Positions 9,852 to 19,161 are shown, counted from the first letter of the stretch. The stretch is DNA of 34,174 nucleotides from a virus (IMGVR_UViG_3300034200_000097:1-34174); one strand, 5' to 3'. The notes: generated by a model not told the origin, from the sequence alone. Program-made: numbers and translations.

Positions 9852-11822
9852 ATGGCACTTACTCCCGAGGAAGAAAAACGCTTTAAAGAGTTAATGATGG
9901 AGCGCAATGCTTACGAGCAACAGCGCCAAATGATGACGCATTATTCGGGCGATTACGGTGTAAAGCCTGAATCAGAAGAATTTCAAGCAGGCAGAACAAT
10001 GCCGCGTTGGGCTCAAACTACGTTGCAAACCGCGCAGGCGCTTGGTTTTGGCATGATCCCAAAATTAACTGGCCCAAAAACTGGCGAAATGGTGCGCGGC
10101 GCAACTACGCAATTTCGTGAAGATTACCCAAAAACCGCGTTTGGTATAGATGTTGGCGGTTCAATGCTGCCCGGCATGATGGGCGTTGGCGCTGGCCCGC
10201 GATTGATGTCGGCGGGAGGACGCACTACTCGTTTGCCGCCAACTATTGATATGAGTGCAGGTCGCAGAATTGGCGGCGCTGCAATGGCTGGCGGTGTTGA
10301 AGGCGGTTTGTCTGGTTTTGGCTATTCAGACGCAACAACAAACCCAGATTTAATGAAAGATATTTTGCTTAATGCAGCAATGGGCGGCGGTGGCGGTGGC
10401 GCATCTAGCGCCGCAACTGGCGTTTTAGGAGCGGTTAGCCGAAATGTTGGTGAACGCGCTTCCGAAAAAGTTGCATTGACAGAATCGCAAAAACGTTTGA
10501 TTCAAGCATTAATCCGTGACACGCCAGAAGGCCAAGACGTTGGCCCTTATGTAGCGGCTCGGTTGCGTAATTTAGGCCCAGAAGCGGCTTTGTTGGATGT
10601 AGGCGAAAACGCAAGGCAACTTGCGGATTTGCTTGCTACGTTGCCGGGCAAAGGCAAACAAGAATTGCGTGATTTTGTGGAAACCCGCGCTTTAACGAGA
10701 GGCGAGCGCATGGCGCAAGCAGGGCAAGAAAGTCTAGAAACGGGAGGAAAGCGGCTGCTTTCAACGTTAGACGACCTTGCCGAGCAACGATCCCGCGAAG
10801 CTGGCCCGTTGTACCGTCAATTAGAAGGCATAACGGTAACCGATCCATCGGGGACTATTGCAAGCATTGTGAAACGCGCTGAACAGTTGGGCGCAACGCG
10901 CATTGCACGCAGTCTTGCAGAAACTCAAAAAGTAACAAGAGGCGGCAAAGGGTGGACGTTTAAAGGAGTTGAAACCGGCACATACAACGCATCTGACCTT
11001 GCAAACATTAAGGAAGGTCTTGACGCCTTAATTGAGCAACAAACTGACGCTGCAACCGGAAAAATTAGCAAGTTAGGACTATCTTACGCCGAATTACGCG
11101 ACAAATTGCGATCAGAGCTAATTGATCGCACAACCAATGCAGAAACGGGGCAATCGGTATACCGACAAGCGTTAGATGCGTGGGCTGGCCCAAGTGCAAC
11201 TGGTGAAGCAGCAAATTTAGGCAGAACCGTGTTGAATCGCAGTCTGTCTGCCGATCAATTGCGAAAAGATTTGCTAAAAATGTCGGAATCGGAGCGAGAG
11301 GCTGCTCGTATTGGCGCGTTTGAGGCGATACGCGACAAAGTAGGTACATCCAAAGCGGGACGCACCGAAATGATGAATCTGGTAGAAAATTTTGTGCCGC
11401 GTGAAAAATTAGAGTTGTTGTTTGGATCGCGTGAAAAATTTGACCAGTTTTATCGCACGATGCTTGCTGAACGCACGATGCGCGAAGCTGATGTTTTGGG
11501 CCGTGGTTCACAAACCGCACCACGACAAGCTGCGCTTGGCGAGTTAAATGCCGATGTGGCGCTAGATGTTGGCGGCATGGCGTCAGGAAGCCCGATAAAC
11601 TTCATTACAAGTGGCGCAAGATTGTGGAATCAAGCGCAGTTGCCTGAAAAAACCCGCAATCAATTAGCGCGAGCATTAATGATGCGCGGCCCACGGGCTG
11701 AAGAAGATGTTTTTAACATTGAAAAAGTTGCTCGGAAACTCGCAGAGCAACGCGCTCGTAGGGCGGCAGCCATTGGTGGCGCAGGCGGCGCAGGCGCAAC
11801 TAGCGCAACGCAGAACAGATAG
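9852..11822 (+). CDS. Internal virion / ejection protein 3 (putative)
   Basis: GGAGG RBS precedes ATG 9852 (ORF open from 9837). Gly-zipper segments and a long helical body; last gene before the tail fibre. Confidence 0.6.
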   Translation: MALTPEEEKRFKELMMERNAYEQQRQMMTHYSGDYGVKPESEEFQAGRTMPRWAQTTLQTAQALGFGMIPKLTGPKTGEMVRGATTQFREDYPKTAFGIDVGGSMLPGMMGVGAGPRLMSAGGRTTRLPPTIDMSAGRRIGGAAMAGGVEGGLSGFGYSDATTNPDLMKDILLNAAMGGGGGGASSAATGVLGAVSRNVGERASEKVALTESQKRLIQALIRDTPEGQDVGPYVAARLRNLGPEAALLDVGENARQLADLLATLPGKGKQELRDFVETRALTRGERMAQAGQESLETGGKRLLSTLDDLAEQRSREAGPLYRQLEGITVTDPSGTIASIVKRAEQLGATRIARSLAETQKVTRGGKGWTFKGVETGTYNASDLANIKEGLDALIEQQTDAATGKISKLGLSYAELRDKLRSELIDRTTNAETGQSVYRQALDAWAGPSATGEAANLGRTVLNRSLSADQLRKDLLKMSESEREAARIGAFEAIRDKVGTSKAGRTEMMNLVENFVPREKLELLFGSREKFDQFYRTMLAERTMREADVLGRGSQTAPRQAALGELNADVALDVGGMASGSPINFITSGARLWNQAQLPEKTRNQLARALMMRGPRAEEDVFNIEKVARKLAEQRARRAAAIGGAGGAGATSATQNR

Positions 11823-11834
11823 GAGTAAGCACAG

Positions 11835-14800
11835 ATGAGTTTTAACGGCAGCGGTACATTTCTCATCAACTCAACGGGGCAGCCCGTTGTCGCCAACACC
11901 GTCATCTCGGCCACGGTATTTAATGCCCTGACGGCAGACCTTGCCTCGGGTTTAACAAACTGCATTACAAAAGACGGTCAGTCCACGCCCACGGCTAACA
12001 TCCCGATGGGCAACAACAAGGTCACGGGCTTGGCAGCTGGCACGTTGGCGAACGATGCCGCCAACCTCGGGCAAGTGCAGTCTACTGCCGCCAAGCTAAT
12101 TACGATTTCTGGCACCGACACAATTACCGGCACGATGTCGCCCACCCTGACCGCCTATGCTGCGGGTCAGTTGTTTTACTTTGTGGCGGGCGGCGCGAAC
12201 ACGGGCGCTGTGACGCTGAACGTGGACGGGTTGGGATCAAGAGCCGTCACCCGCGACGGCAGCACGGCGCTTGCCGCTGGCGACATCAACTCGGGCGAGA
12301 TGGTTGTCGTTATCTACGACGGCACCCGCTTCCAGATGATTAACGCCGCCAACTCGTTCGGCAACACGACGATCAACGGCACCCTAACGGTTACGGGCAA
12401 CACCACCCTCGGTGCCAACGTATCCATCGCCTCGGCGCTTGCGGTAGGCGGTAAGGCCGACCTGCCCAACGTCTCTGCTGCGTTGATGGTGGCAGCGGTT
12501 GGCATCATTACGGACTTACGCGCATCAGGCGCTTCTATCTCGTCGGCCAACGTCGGCACGGCGATCGTCACCAATCTCACGGCCACGGGCGCGTCTGTCG
12601 CCTCGGTCAACGCCAATGTGGCGCTACTCACCACAGCCACCGTCACAAACTTGACGGCGACCGGCGCATCTATCGCCTCGGCCAATATCGGCAACCTTGC
12701 CCTCTCGGGCATTTCGGTCGCCTCGGCTAACTTTGGCGTGGCGGTTGTCACCGACTTGCGCGTAGATGGCGCGTCCATCACCTCTGCCAACGTCGGCACA
12801 GCCGTTATCACAACCGGCACCTTCACCAATTTGACGGCAACGGGAGCCTCGGTTGCCTCTGCCAACGCAGGGGTGGCTAACGTCACCGATTTGCGAGCGG
12901 TAAGCGCATCGGTCACCTCGGCCAACCTTGGCACCGCTGTCATTACCAACGGCACGGTCACCAATCTGATCGCCACCTCGGCATCGGTCGCGTCGGTCAA
13001 CGCTGCTGTGGCGCTTGTCACCACAGGCACGGTCACGAACCTGACCAGCACCGCCGCTTCTATTGCCTCGGCTAACCTCGGTACAGCGGTTATCACGACG
13101 CTGACGGCCACAGGGGCGTCTGTAGCCTCTGCCAATGTCGGCGTAGCGGCTACGACCACGCTGACGGCTGTGCAAGCCTCCATCGGCTCTGCCAACTTGC
13201 TGACCGCTCGCTTCTTGGGCGCAACGTCAGGTTATGTCGGCATACAGGGAGCCACGAACGCAGGCAGCACGACCTACACGCTCCCCTCGGCTGACGGTAC
13301 AAGCGGGCAAGTGCTGTCCACCAACGGCACCGGCACCTTGTCGTGGACATCGGCAGGCGGCGGCGGTACGGGCGATGTCGTCGGCCCCGCTTCGGCTACC
13401 GATAACGCCGTTGCTCGGTTTGACCTAACCACCGGCAAACTGATCCAAAACAGCAGCGTCATCGTAGACGATAGCGGCAGCATCACAGGTGTTGCGTCCC
13501 TCGCGGCGGTAACGGCGTCCATTACGTCTGCGAACGCAGGCACGGCGGTGATTACCACCGGCAACCTCACCTTCTCCAGCACCGCCCAGCGCATCACGGG
13601 CGACTTTAGCAATGCGACTCATAGCAATCGCCTTTTGTTTCAAAATAGCGGCACAAATTTGCCGACGATTGTTGGTGCTTTACCAAGCGGAACGTCTGTC
13701 ACAAGTGGATTTTTCGCATACGGCGGATCAACCGCAGCCGATACCGCTGGCGCTAGCATTGTATTGAATGGCGGAACAGACGCCAGAATAAGCAGCAGCA
13801 TTCTCGGCACCGGCTCCTACCTCCCGATGACCTTCTACACCGGAGGCAGCGAGAGGGTCAGGATAGATACGTCGGGCAACGTCGGTATTGGGACGGCTTC
13901 GCCTGCAACAACGCTGCACTTAAAAGGTAGTTTTTCAAGCGGTTGTGTTCGGGCAGAAACAACTGGTTCGTTGGCAAGCAATAGCGTTTATAACTTCTTC
14001 GCTTATTACGATACCGGTGGGCAAGCCGCTTACGTTGGTTATGGCGGTGTAGCAAATAGTTTTGACATCGTAAACGCACAAGCGTCGGGGTTTCTGACAT
14101 TCAAAACCGGCGGCTACACCGAACGGATGCGCATTGACTCCTCCGGCAACGTCGGGATCGGCGGGACGGCGCAGCCACAGGATAAAGTTGGCATTGAAGG
14201 AGTATTGCCTACAAGCAGTAATTCTTCTGCGGGTTACGCAATTCGGGGGACTGTGCCAAGCGGGTCAACTACGGGCGCAAATGCGTTTATTTCAAGACTG
14301 ACAACTGCTGCCGCGTCTTTTACTTCTGGCGAATTTCGTCATTTTTATGCAAATCCAGCGACAAAAGGTGCTGGTTCTACAATCACAAATCAATATGGGT
14401 TTTTGGCTGAAAGCACGCTAACAGACGCCACCAACAACTACGGCTTCTACAGCAACATCGCCTCTGGCTCTAACCGCTGGAACTTCTATGCAGCGGGGAC
14501 GGCGAGTAATTACATGGCGGGCCGACTTGGCATTGGAATGTCGCCCGAAAGTTATTCAAGTTACAGAGCGTCTATTCAGGCTGCCTCTGGTGCAAACGCT
14601 TGTCTTTTGTTAAATGATACGGCTGGTATTACGACTGAATTTATTTGGAATAACGCAACATCGGGAGACAACATATTTGTTCAGTTTGGGACAGACGGCG
14701 GTGCAACGCTTCGCGGGTCTATTGATTACAACCGTGGCGGCGGCCTTGTTCGTTACAACACAACGTCGGACTACCGCGCCAAAACCATCATTGGGTCAGT

Positions 14801-15056
14801 TACAAACTCTGGCGAGTTGGTAGATGCGCTAAAGGTCTACGTCGGCAAGATGAACGGCGCGACGGTAGAGCGTCCGATGCTGATTGCTCACGAAGCGCAA
14901 GAAGTTGCGCCGTATGCCGTAAGCGGTGAAAAGGATGCCGTGGATAAAGACGGCAAGCCCGTTTACCAACAGATTGATGTTTCTTCACTTGTCCCGCTGC
15001 TGATTGCGGAAGTCAAATCTCTGCGGCAGCGTGTCGCTGAACTGGAGGCTAAATAA
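11835..15056 (+). CDS. Tail fibre protein with repeats and a C-terminal peptidase S74 chaperone
   Basis: AGGAG RBS, N-terminal virion anchor, Ser/Thr/Ala repeats, two ER.RID.SGNVGIG motifs, and a terminal TSDYRAK...IAHEAQEV.P.AV...LVPLLIAEVKSL. Confidence 0.88.
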   Translation: MSFNGSGTFLINSTGQPVVANTVISATVFNALTADLASGLTNCITKDGQSTPTANIPMGNNKVTGLAAGTLANDAANLGQVQSTAAKLITISGTDTITGTMSPTLTAYAAGQLFYFVAGGANTGAVTLNVDGLGSRAVTRDGSTALAAGDINSGEMVVVIYDGTRFQMINAANSFGNTTINGTLTVTGNTTLGANVSIASALAVGGKADLPNVSAALMVAAVGIITDLRASGASISSANVGTAIVTNLTATGASVASVNANVALLTTATVTNLTATGASIASANIGNLALSGISVASANFGVAVVTDLRVDGASITSANVGTAVITTGTFTNLTATGASVASANAGVANVTDLRAVSASVTSANLGTAVITNGTVTNLIATSASVASVNAAVALVTTGTVTNLTSTAASIASANLGTAVITTLTATGASVASANVGVAATTTLTAVQASIGSANLLTARFLGATSGYVGIQGATNAGSTTYTLPSADGTSGQVLSTNGTGTLSWTSAGGGGTGDVVGPASATDNAVARFDLTTGKLIQNSSVIVDDSGSITGVASLAAVTASITSANAGTAVITTGNLTFSSTAQRITGDFSNATHSNRLLFQNSGTNLPTIVGALPSGTSVTSGFFAYGGSTAADTAGASIVLNGGTDARISSSILGTGSYLPMTFYTGGSERVRIDTSGNVGIGTASPATTLHLKGSFSSGCVRAETTGSLASNSVYNFFAYYDTGGQAAYVGYGGVANSFDIVNAQASGFLTFKTGGYTERMRIDSSGNVGIGGTAQPQDKVGIEGVLPTSSNSSAGYAIRGTVPSGSTTGANAFISRLTTAAASFTSGEFRHFYANPATKGAGSTITNQYGFLAESTLTDATNNYGFYSNIASGSNRWNFYAAGTASNYMAGRLGIGMSPESYSSYRASIQAASGANACLLLNDTAGITTEFIWNNATSGDNIFVQFGTDGGATLRGSIDYNRGGGLVRYNTTSDYRAKTIIGSVTNSGELVDALKVYVGKMNGATVERPMLIAHEAQEVAPYAVSGEKDAVDKDGKPVYQQIDVSSLVPLLIAEVKSLRQRVAELEAK
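12430..13215 (+). repeat. Degenerate coding tandem repeats in the tail fibre (TNLTATGAS(V/I)ASAN(V/L)G.AV..)
   Basis: About 11-12 imperfect units of 20-25 aa, built from pentapeptides; boundaries are approximate. Confidence 0.8.
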
Positions 15057-15371
15057 ATGGCTACTTGGAAAATTGAAAACATGATCGTTAAGCCGCAAGA
15101 CGGCTCGCATAACGACGTTGTGGTGACGGCAACGTGGCGCTGCACGGCGGTGGATGGCGACCACTCTGCCTCCAACTACGGCAGCATGGGTTTTGCCTCG
15201 CCGAGCGGCGACTTCGTGGCGTATCCCGACCTGACCGAAGCCGATGTGCTGGGCTGGGTGTGGGCGAACGGCGTGGATAAGGCCGAGGTAGAGGCAAACG
15301 TAGCGCGTGAGTTGGATATGCTCGTCAACCCGCCGACCGTCGCCAAGCCGCTGCCGTGGAGCGCAGAATGA
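15057..15371 (+). CDS. Tail-fibre-associated small protein
   Basis: Motifs FVAYPDLTEADVLGWV and terminal PLPW, typical of genes following S74-bearing fibres. Confidence 0.65.
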   Translation: MATWKIENMIVKPQDGSHNDVVVTATWRCTAVDGDHSASNYGSMGFASPSGDFVAYPDLTEADVLGWVWANGVDKAEVEANVARELDMLVNPPTVAKPLPWSAE

Positions 15372-15520
15372 TTAAGTTGGAATTATCCGTTGAGGAAGTG
15401 AACGCTATCCTGCAAGTGCTGGGCGACCTGCCGACCAAGGTAGGCGCTTGGCCGCTGATGTTGAAGATTAAAGAACAGGCAGAGCCGCAGGTGCCGAAGG
15501 TAGAGGAAACGAAGCAATGA
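15368..15520 (+). CDS. Small hypothetical protein (50 aa; not in ORF track)
   Basis: MIKLELSVEEVNAILQVLGDLPTKVGAWPLMLKIKEQAEPQVPKVEETKQ with ATGA overlaps at both ends. Confidence 0.75.
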   Translation: MIKLELSVEEVNAILQVLGDLPTKVGAWPLMLKIKEQAEPQVPKVEETKQ

Positions 15521-15711
15521 CGACGGTACAAGAGCTAGAGACGACCGTGACGAGCCACATTGACGTTTGCACGGTGCGTTACGAAGCGATCCATGCGCGA
15601 CTGAAGCGCCTTGAGCAGCTCATGTTGAAGGTAGGCGGCGCGATTATCCTTATCCTTCTTGGCGCACTCGGCAGCATGGGAATGTTGCTTTTACAGGCGT
15701 TGCAGCAATGA
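15517..15711 (+). CDS. XhlA-like single-TM membrane protein (lysis module)
   Basis: H..VC..RY..I..RL.RLE coiled coil followed by a C-terminal TM helix. Confidence 0.65.
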   Translation: MTTVQELETTVTSHIDVCTVRYEAIHARLKRLEQLMLKVGGAIILILLGALGSMGMLLLQALQQ

Positions 15712-16121
15712 CCGAACCCACCGACATCCAACTGCTCAAGGTGCAGATACAGGCCGAATTGCAGCGCCTAGAGGCTCACAGCAGCGCCAAGGATGTCGCG
15801 GGCAAGGCTATCGGCAAGGACGGCCTTAAATACATCACAGCCATTGTGGTGATCGGTGTGTTGTCTAGCCTTGCGCTGGATAGCGACAAGATCGCTGCTG
15901 TGATGGGGCTGCTCGGTGCCTCGCTGACCGCTCTCATCTCCATGCTTGCCAGCATTGCAGGCACGGTGGAGAAGGAGGAAAAGCCCGAGTTTGAGGTGAT
16001 TAAGGAACTGATCGCCAAACTAGACCGTCTGGATCGCAAAGAGCAGCCGATGCGAGTGGACGTTGAGGGCGATCATGTAACCGTCACCAAAGGCGATGAC
16101 GTAGTGAGGGCAAGCAAATGA
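15708..16121 (+). CDS. Two-TM membrane protein (putative holin/antiholin)
   Basis: Two hydrophobic helices; ATGA overlaps; lies in the lysis cassette. Confidence 0.55.
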   Translation: MTEPTDIQLLKVQIQAELQRLEAHSSAKDVAGKAIGKDGLKYITAIVVIGVLSSLALDSDKIAAVMGLLGASLTALISMLASIAGTVEKEEKPEFEVIKELIAKLDRLDRKEQPMRVDVEGDHVTVTKGDDVVRASK

Positions 16122-16603
16122 TGACGATGGTCAGCACGTTTCTGTCGTTCCTTGCGGGCGGTCTGCCCAAGATTCTGCAAATCTTCCAAGATCGGCAGGA
16201 CAAGAAGCATGAGCTTGCGTTGGTTGCCGCACAGAAGGAGCGTGAACTAGCCCTCGCTGAACGCGGCTTTATCGCGCAGGCACGGGTTGAGGAAATTAAG
16301 CTGGAGCAAATTCAGACGCAGACCGCTGCCGAGGAGCGTCAGGCGCTCTACAGCCACGACGTAGAGATTGGCAAAGGCGCAAGCCAATGGATGATCAACC
16401 TCCGTGCGTCGGTGCGCCCGGTCGTCACCTACATCTTTGTGCTGGAGTTGGTCGCGCTGAACGTGGCTGGCGTCTGGTACGCTTATACGACGGGCATCCC
16501 GTTTGCCGTGGCGATGGAAAACGTATTCAGCGACGATGAAATGCTGATTCTCTCCAGCATCATTGCGTTTTGGTTTGGTACGCAGGCTTTCGGCAAAAAG
16601 TGA
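16118..16603 (+). CDS. Holin (GTA-type 3-TM holin family)
   Basis: Motifs W..NLRASVRPVVTY and IIAFWFG..AF.K; lies upstream of the endolysin. Confidence 0.75.
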   Translation: MMTMVSTFLSFLAGGLPKILQIFQDRQDKKHELALVAAQKERELALAERGFIAQARVEEIKLEQIQTQTAAEERQALYSHDVEIGKGASQWMINLRASVRPVVTYIFVLELVALNVAGVWYAYTTGIPFAVAMENVFSDDEMLILSSIIAFWFGTQAFGKK

Positions 16604-17148
16604 CAGCGGTATACCACATTAGGGAACGATCAAGCCTTGCGCTTGATGAAGGGTACGTTGGAATCAGCGTAAACCCTGCTGTTAGGTTTTACCAACACAA
16701 AAATGCTGCAAAGACTCGCCGCAATCATTTATCAAACGCTATTAAAAAGTATGGCGACGAGATATGTGTTGATGTTATTGCGTCGGATCTTAATGAAGAT
16801 CTTGCGCGGTTTTTAGAAAAAATGCTTCGTCCATTTGAAAACATGGGGTGGAATACATGTATTGGAGGTGGCATCCCTCCAAACCCAAAAGGCAAGGAAA
16901 GGCCAGAGGCTTACCGTAAAAACATATCTATTGCCAAACTTGGTAGCAAGAATCCGATGTTTGGTAAAAAGATTGTATTTTCGGACAGTCACAAAAAAAA
17001 ATTATCTACTGCATTGAAAGGCAAGCCAAGCAAACTAAAAGGGGTTTCAAGGTCAAGAGTGGCTTGCCCTAAATGTGGGGTAACTGGCGGTGATGGTGCA
17101 ATGTACCGCTGGCATTTTGAAAATTGCAGATATGAAAGTAAGCCCTGA
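16600..17148 (+). CDS. GIY-YIG homing endonuclease with NUMOD3-like DNA-binding motifs
   Basis: GTG at 16600 overlaps the holin TGA. Motifs VYHI...GYVGIS.NP..R..QH, GWN..IGG, G.KNPMFGK, S..HKKKLS and a terminal CPKC...RWHFENC; AT-rich DNA. Confidence 0.85.
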   Translation: MTAVYHIRERSSLALDEGYVGISVNPAVRFYQHKNAAKTRRNHLSNAIKKYGDEICVDVIASDLNEDLARFLEKMLRPFENMGWNTCIGGGIPPNPKGKERPEAYRKNISIAKLGSKNPMFGKKIVFSDSHKKKLSTALKGKPSKLKGVSRSRVACPKCGVTGGDGAMYRWHFENCRYESKP

Positions 17149-17614
17149 TCTTATTAAACTTGTGAAATGCCATGAGGGTGTCCGAACCCGTCCGTATCAG
17201 TGTCCGGCGTTAATCTGGAGCGTCGGGGTCGGCCACGTTATAGACCCCTCACACGCGGCGGTAAAATATGAGGAACGGCGCACCTTACCGATACCCGAGG
17301 GCTGGGATCGCAGCCTCTCTATGGGAGAGGTGGACGCTATCCTTGCTCAAGACCTTGGCCGGTTTGAGCGCGGCGTGGCCCGACTTTGCCCTGCTGTTGT
17401 TGGTCATCAAGGCCGGTTTGACGCATTGGTAAGTTTTGCCTTTAACGTCGGCCTTGGGAACCTGCAACGTTCTAGCCTACGCATGAAAATTAACCGTGGC
17501 GAGTTTGAAGAAGCCGCCGACGAGTTTATAAAATGGACAAAAGCCGGTGGCCGAGTTTTACCCGGCCTTGTGAAACGGCGTCAGGACGAGCGGGCGATGT
17601 ATCTTAACGGTTAA
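17132..17614 (+). CDS. Endolysin (GH24 phage lysozyme)
   Basis: Motifs HEGVR..PYQCPA.IWSVGVGH, FDALVSFAFNVG.G and GLVKRRQDE; likely start ATG 17132. Confidence 0.92.
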   Translation: MKVSPDLIKLVKCHEGVRTRPYQCPALIWSVGVGHVIDPSHAAVKYEERRTLPIPEGWDRSLSMGEVDAILAQDLGRFERGVARLCPAVVGHQGRFDALVSFAFNVGLGNLQRSSLRMKINRGEFEEAADEFIKWTKAGGRVLPGLVKRRQDERAMYLNG

Positions 17615-17807
17615 GCAAATACTCTATTTCGTTGCGTAGCGTCTTAATCTCTAACTCCAACAGCGTGGCTTCATCGTGTAGTCCCATGCGCCGCATCGCT
17701 ACAAACGCATTAGCAAGCCTGTCGCCCTGCTTCTGGCCGTACCCCCAAGGGATGCGCTCCATCTCCTCCTTCCACGCACCCGGTGGGCTGATGTCGTCTT
17801 TCACCAT
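17604..17807 (-). CDS. Hypothetical protein
   Basis: MVKDDISPPGAWKEE... with a GGAGG RBS upstream; last gene of the leftward operon. Confidence 0.6.
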   Translation of the reverse strand: MVKDDISPPGAWKEEMERIPWGYGQKQGDRLANAFVAMRRMGLHDEATLLELEIKTLRNEIEYLLNR

Positions 17808-17914
17808 ATATCGCGCCCTCCACGCGCACATCGCCAGTTAGGGGCTGGCACAGAACGCCATTCGCGGTCACGGTTAGCCTTGAGCTTGCGGAACAGGTCT
17901 ATGATCCATCTCAC
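17801..17914 (-). CDS. Small hypothetical protein (37 aa; not in ORF track)
   Basis: GTG start overlapping the upstream TGA; MRWIIDLFRKLKANRDREWRSVPAPNWRCARGGRDIW fills the gap exactly. Confidence 0.5.
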   Translation of the reverse strand: MRWIIDLFRKLKANRDREWRSVPAPNWRCARGGRDIW

Positions 17915-18462
17915 GGTAGTGCCTCCACGCTGTAGTTGGTACTAGGTGACTTCCAGCCTCGCGGTATTTCGCCATGTAAGTGCGAAGGGTCTATCCAACG
18001 CAATTTATTGTTGGGCATGGCAACCCATTGGCCGCTATCTAACGCGATGATGTGGTGATCCTTGGATTGGTCAGGTATTTCCGACCAACCGCCATTGGCC
18101 CAAAACACGCTAAACAGGTACACGCCTGACCGCAGCACCTTGTCGCGGCAATATGCCTCTACTCGGTGGTTACGCAGGAACTGCATCTCACGCACCTCGC
18201 AGAACCGGCTAAAACTGTCCCACCACACGCACACGTTAAGCGGTAGCGGGTCGCAGGGCTTGGAGCAGATCGCGTGTATAGGCATCCTTGCCCACATTGC
18301 ACCACATTCCAGCATCACGCTGAACATAGGCGCTCGCATCGGCTCGGCTCTAAAGCCTAGGACGGTGCAGAGGGTGAAGTCGCCGTGACCCTGCTCTTGG
18401 TCGTACAGAAATTCGTTTCGGATATAGGCCGTGGTGTACGGCGTATCTACCATAAAACTCAT
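17911..18462 (-). CDS. Hypothetical phage protein (Trp/Cys-rich)
   Basis: 183 aa ORF with overlapping start/stop junctions on both sides. Confidence 0.7.
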   Translation of the reverse strand: MSFMVDTPYTTAYIRNEFLYDQEQGHGDFTLCTVLGFRAEPMRAPMFSVMLECGAMWARMPIHAICSKPCDPLPLNVCVWWDSFSRFCEVREMQFLRNHRVEAYCRDKVLRSGVYLFSVFWANGGWSEIPDQSKDHHIIALDSGQWVAMPNNKLRWIDPSHLHGEIPRGWKSPSTNYSVEALP

Positions 18463-18743
18463 ACGATCCCCTCTTTGCGTAGTTGTGCGATGGTTCGCAC
18501 CATGCCCTCAAGGTGAGCTAGGCGCACATAGTCGCGGTCAAGATCGGTACGGAATCGGCGGTCTACAGCGTCGTGACACGCAGAACACGCCCACGCACCG
18601 AGTAAGTCATCAGCCTTGATGCCCATACCGCTGACCCCTGATAGGCGTATGTGCGCCAATACGGTCGTTGCGCTGTTGTGGTTGCAGATGCCGGGCAAGC
18701 GCACCATGCAGCCTCGGCCTTTGGCTTCATTCCGTAGGTTCAT
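18459..18743 (-). CDS. YbcO/DUF1364-family putative Zn-binding nuclease
   Basis: LR..A.GR.C.VRLPGICNHN..TTVLAH.R...GIK.DD..GAWACSACHD; start ATG 18743. Confidence 0.85.
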   Translation of the reverse strand: MNLRNEAKGRGCMVRLPGICNHNSATTVLAHIRLSGVSGMGIKADDLLGAWACSACHDAVDRRFRTDLDRDYVRLAHLEGMVRTIAQLRKEGIV

Positions 18744-19161
18744 GCAAAGGCTCCGGTAGTGGGCCAATGCCCAATTCAATGCATTTGTTTTCTATACCGT
18801 ATAGGTACTCTGTAAATTCTTCTTTGGTCATGCGCGATGTACGTTTAAGCGGTCGCAAACGTTTTCTGCCAAATCCTTCTAGCGTTTCCCAACCCCAGAT
18901 TTCGCCCAACAGCCATTCGTGAATATCGTCTCGCGTAAAGCCTCGCAAACTTTCTCCAGCGGCTTCCATGATCATGGGATAAACCACTCCAAAGAGATAC
19001 CGCGACTGCTGATTGGTTTTAGGTTTTTTCCACTCGGTTACTTCCACCGACCACACACGGCGAGGGTCTAACCCTTGCGTCATGCGCGTTATGGCAACCG
19101 CCATTTGCTCGGGCGTCGTGCCTTTGGGAAATATGCGTTTCAACGGCTTGCCTCTAGCCAC
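18727..19161 (-). CDS. NinB-like recombination protein
   Basis: Motifs KT.QQ.RYL.G...IHEWL and RTS.MTKEEF.EYL..IE; adjacent to the YbcO-like gene as in lambdoid nin regions. Confidence 0.65.
   Translation of the reverse strand: MARGKPLKRIFPKGTTPEQMAVAITRMTQGLDPRRVWSVEVTEWKKPKTNQQSRYLFGVVYPMIMEAAGESLRGFTRDDIHEWLLGEIWGWETLEGFGRKRLRPLKRTSRMTKEEFTEYLYGIENKCIELGIGPLPEPLHEPTE

Noticed and set aside
12314-13195. CRISPR array or antisense gene in the tail fibre repeats
   Set aside because: The repeats are degenerate at synonymous positions, in frame and without unique spacers, so they are protein-level repeats.
11835-15056. Diversity-generating retroelement or invertible tail-fibre cassette
   Set aside because: No reverse transcriptase or invertase was recognised, and no template/variable repeat pair was seen.
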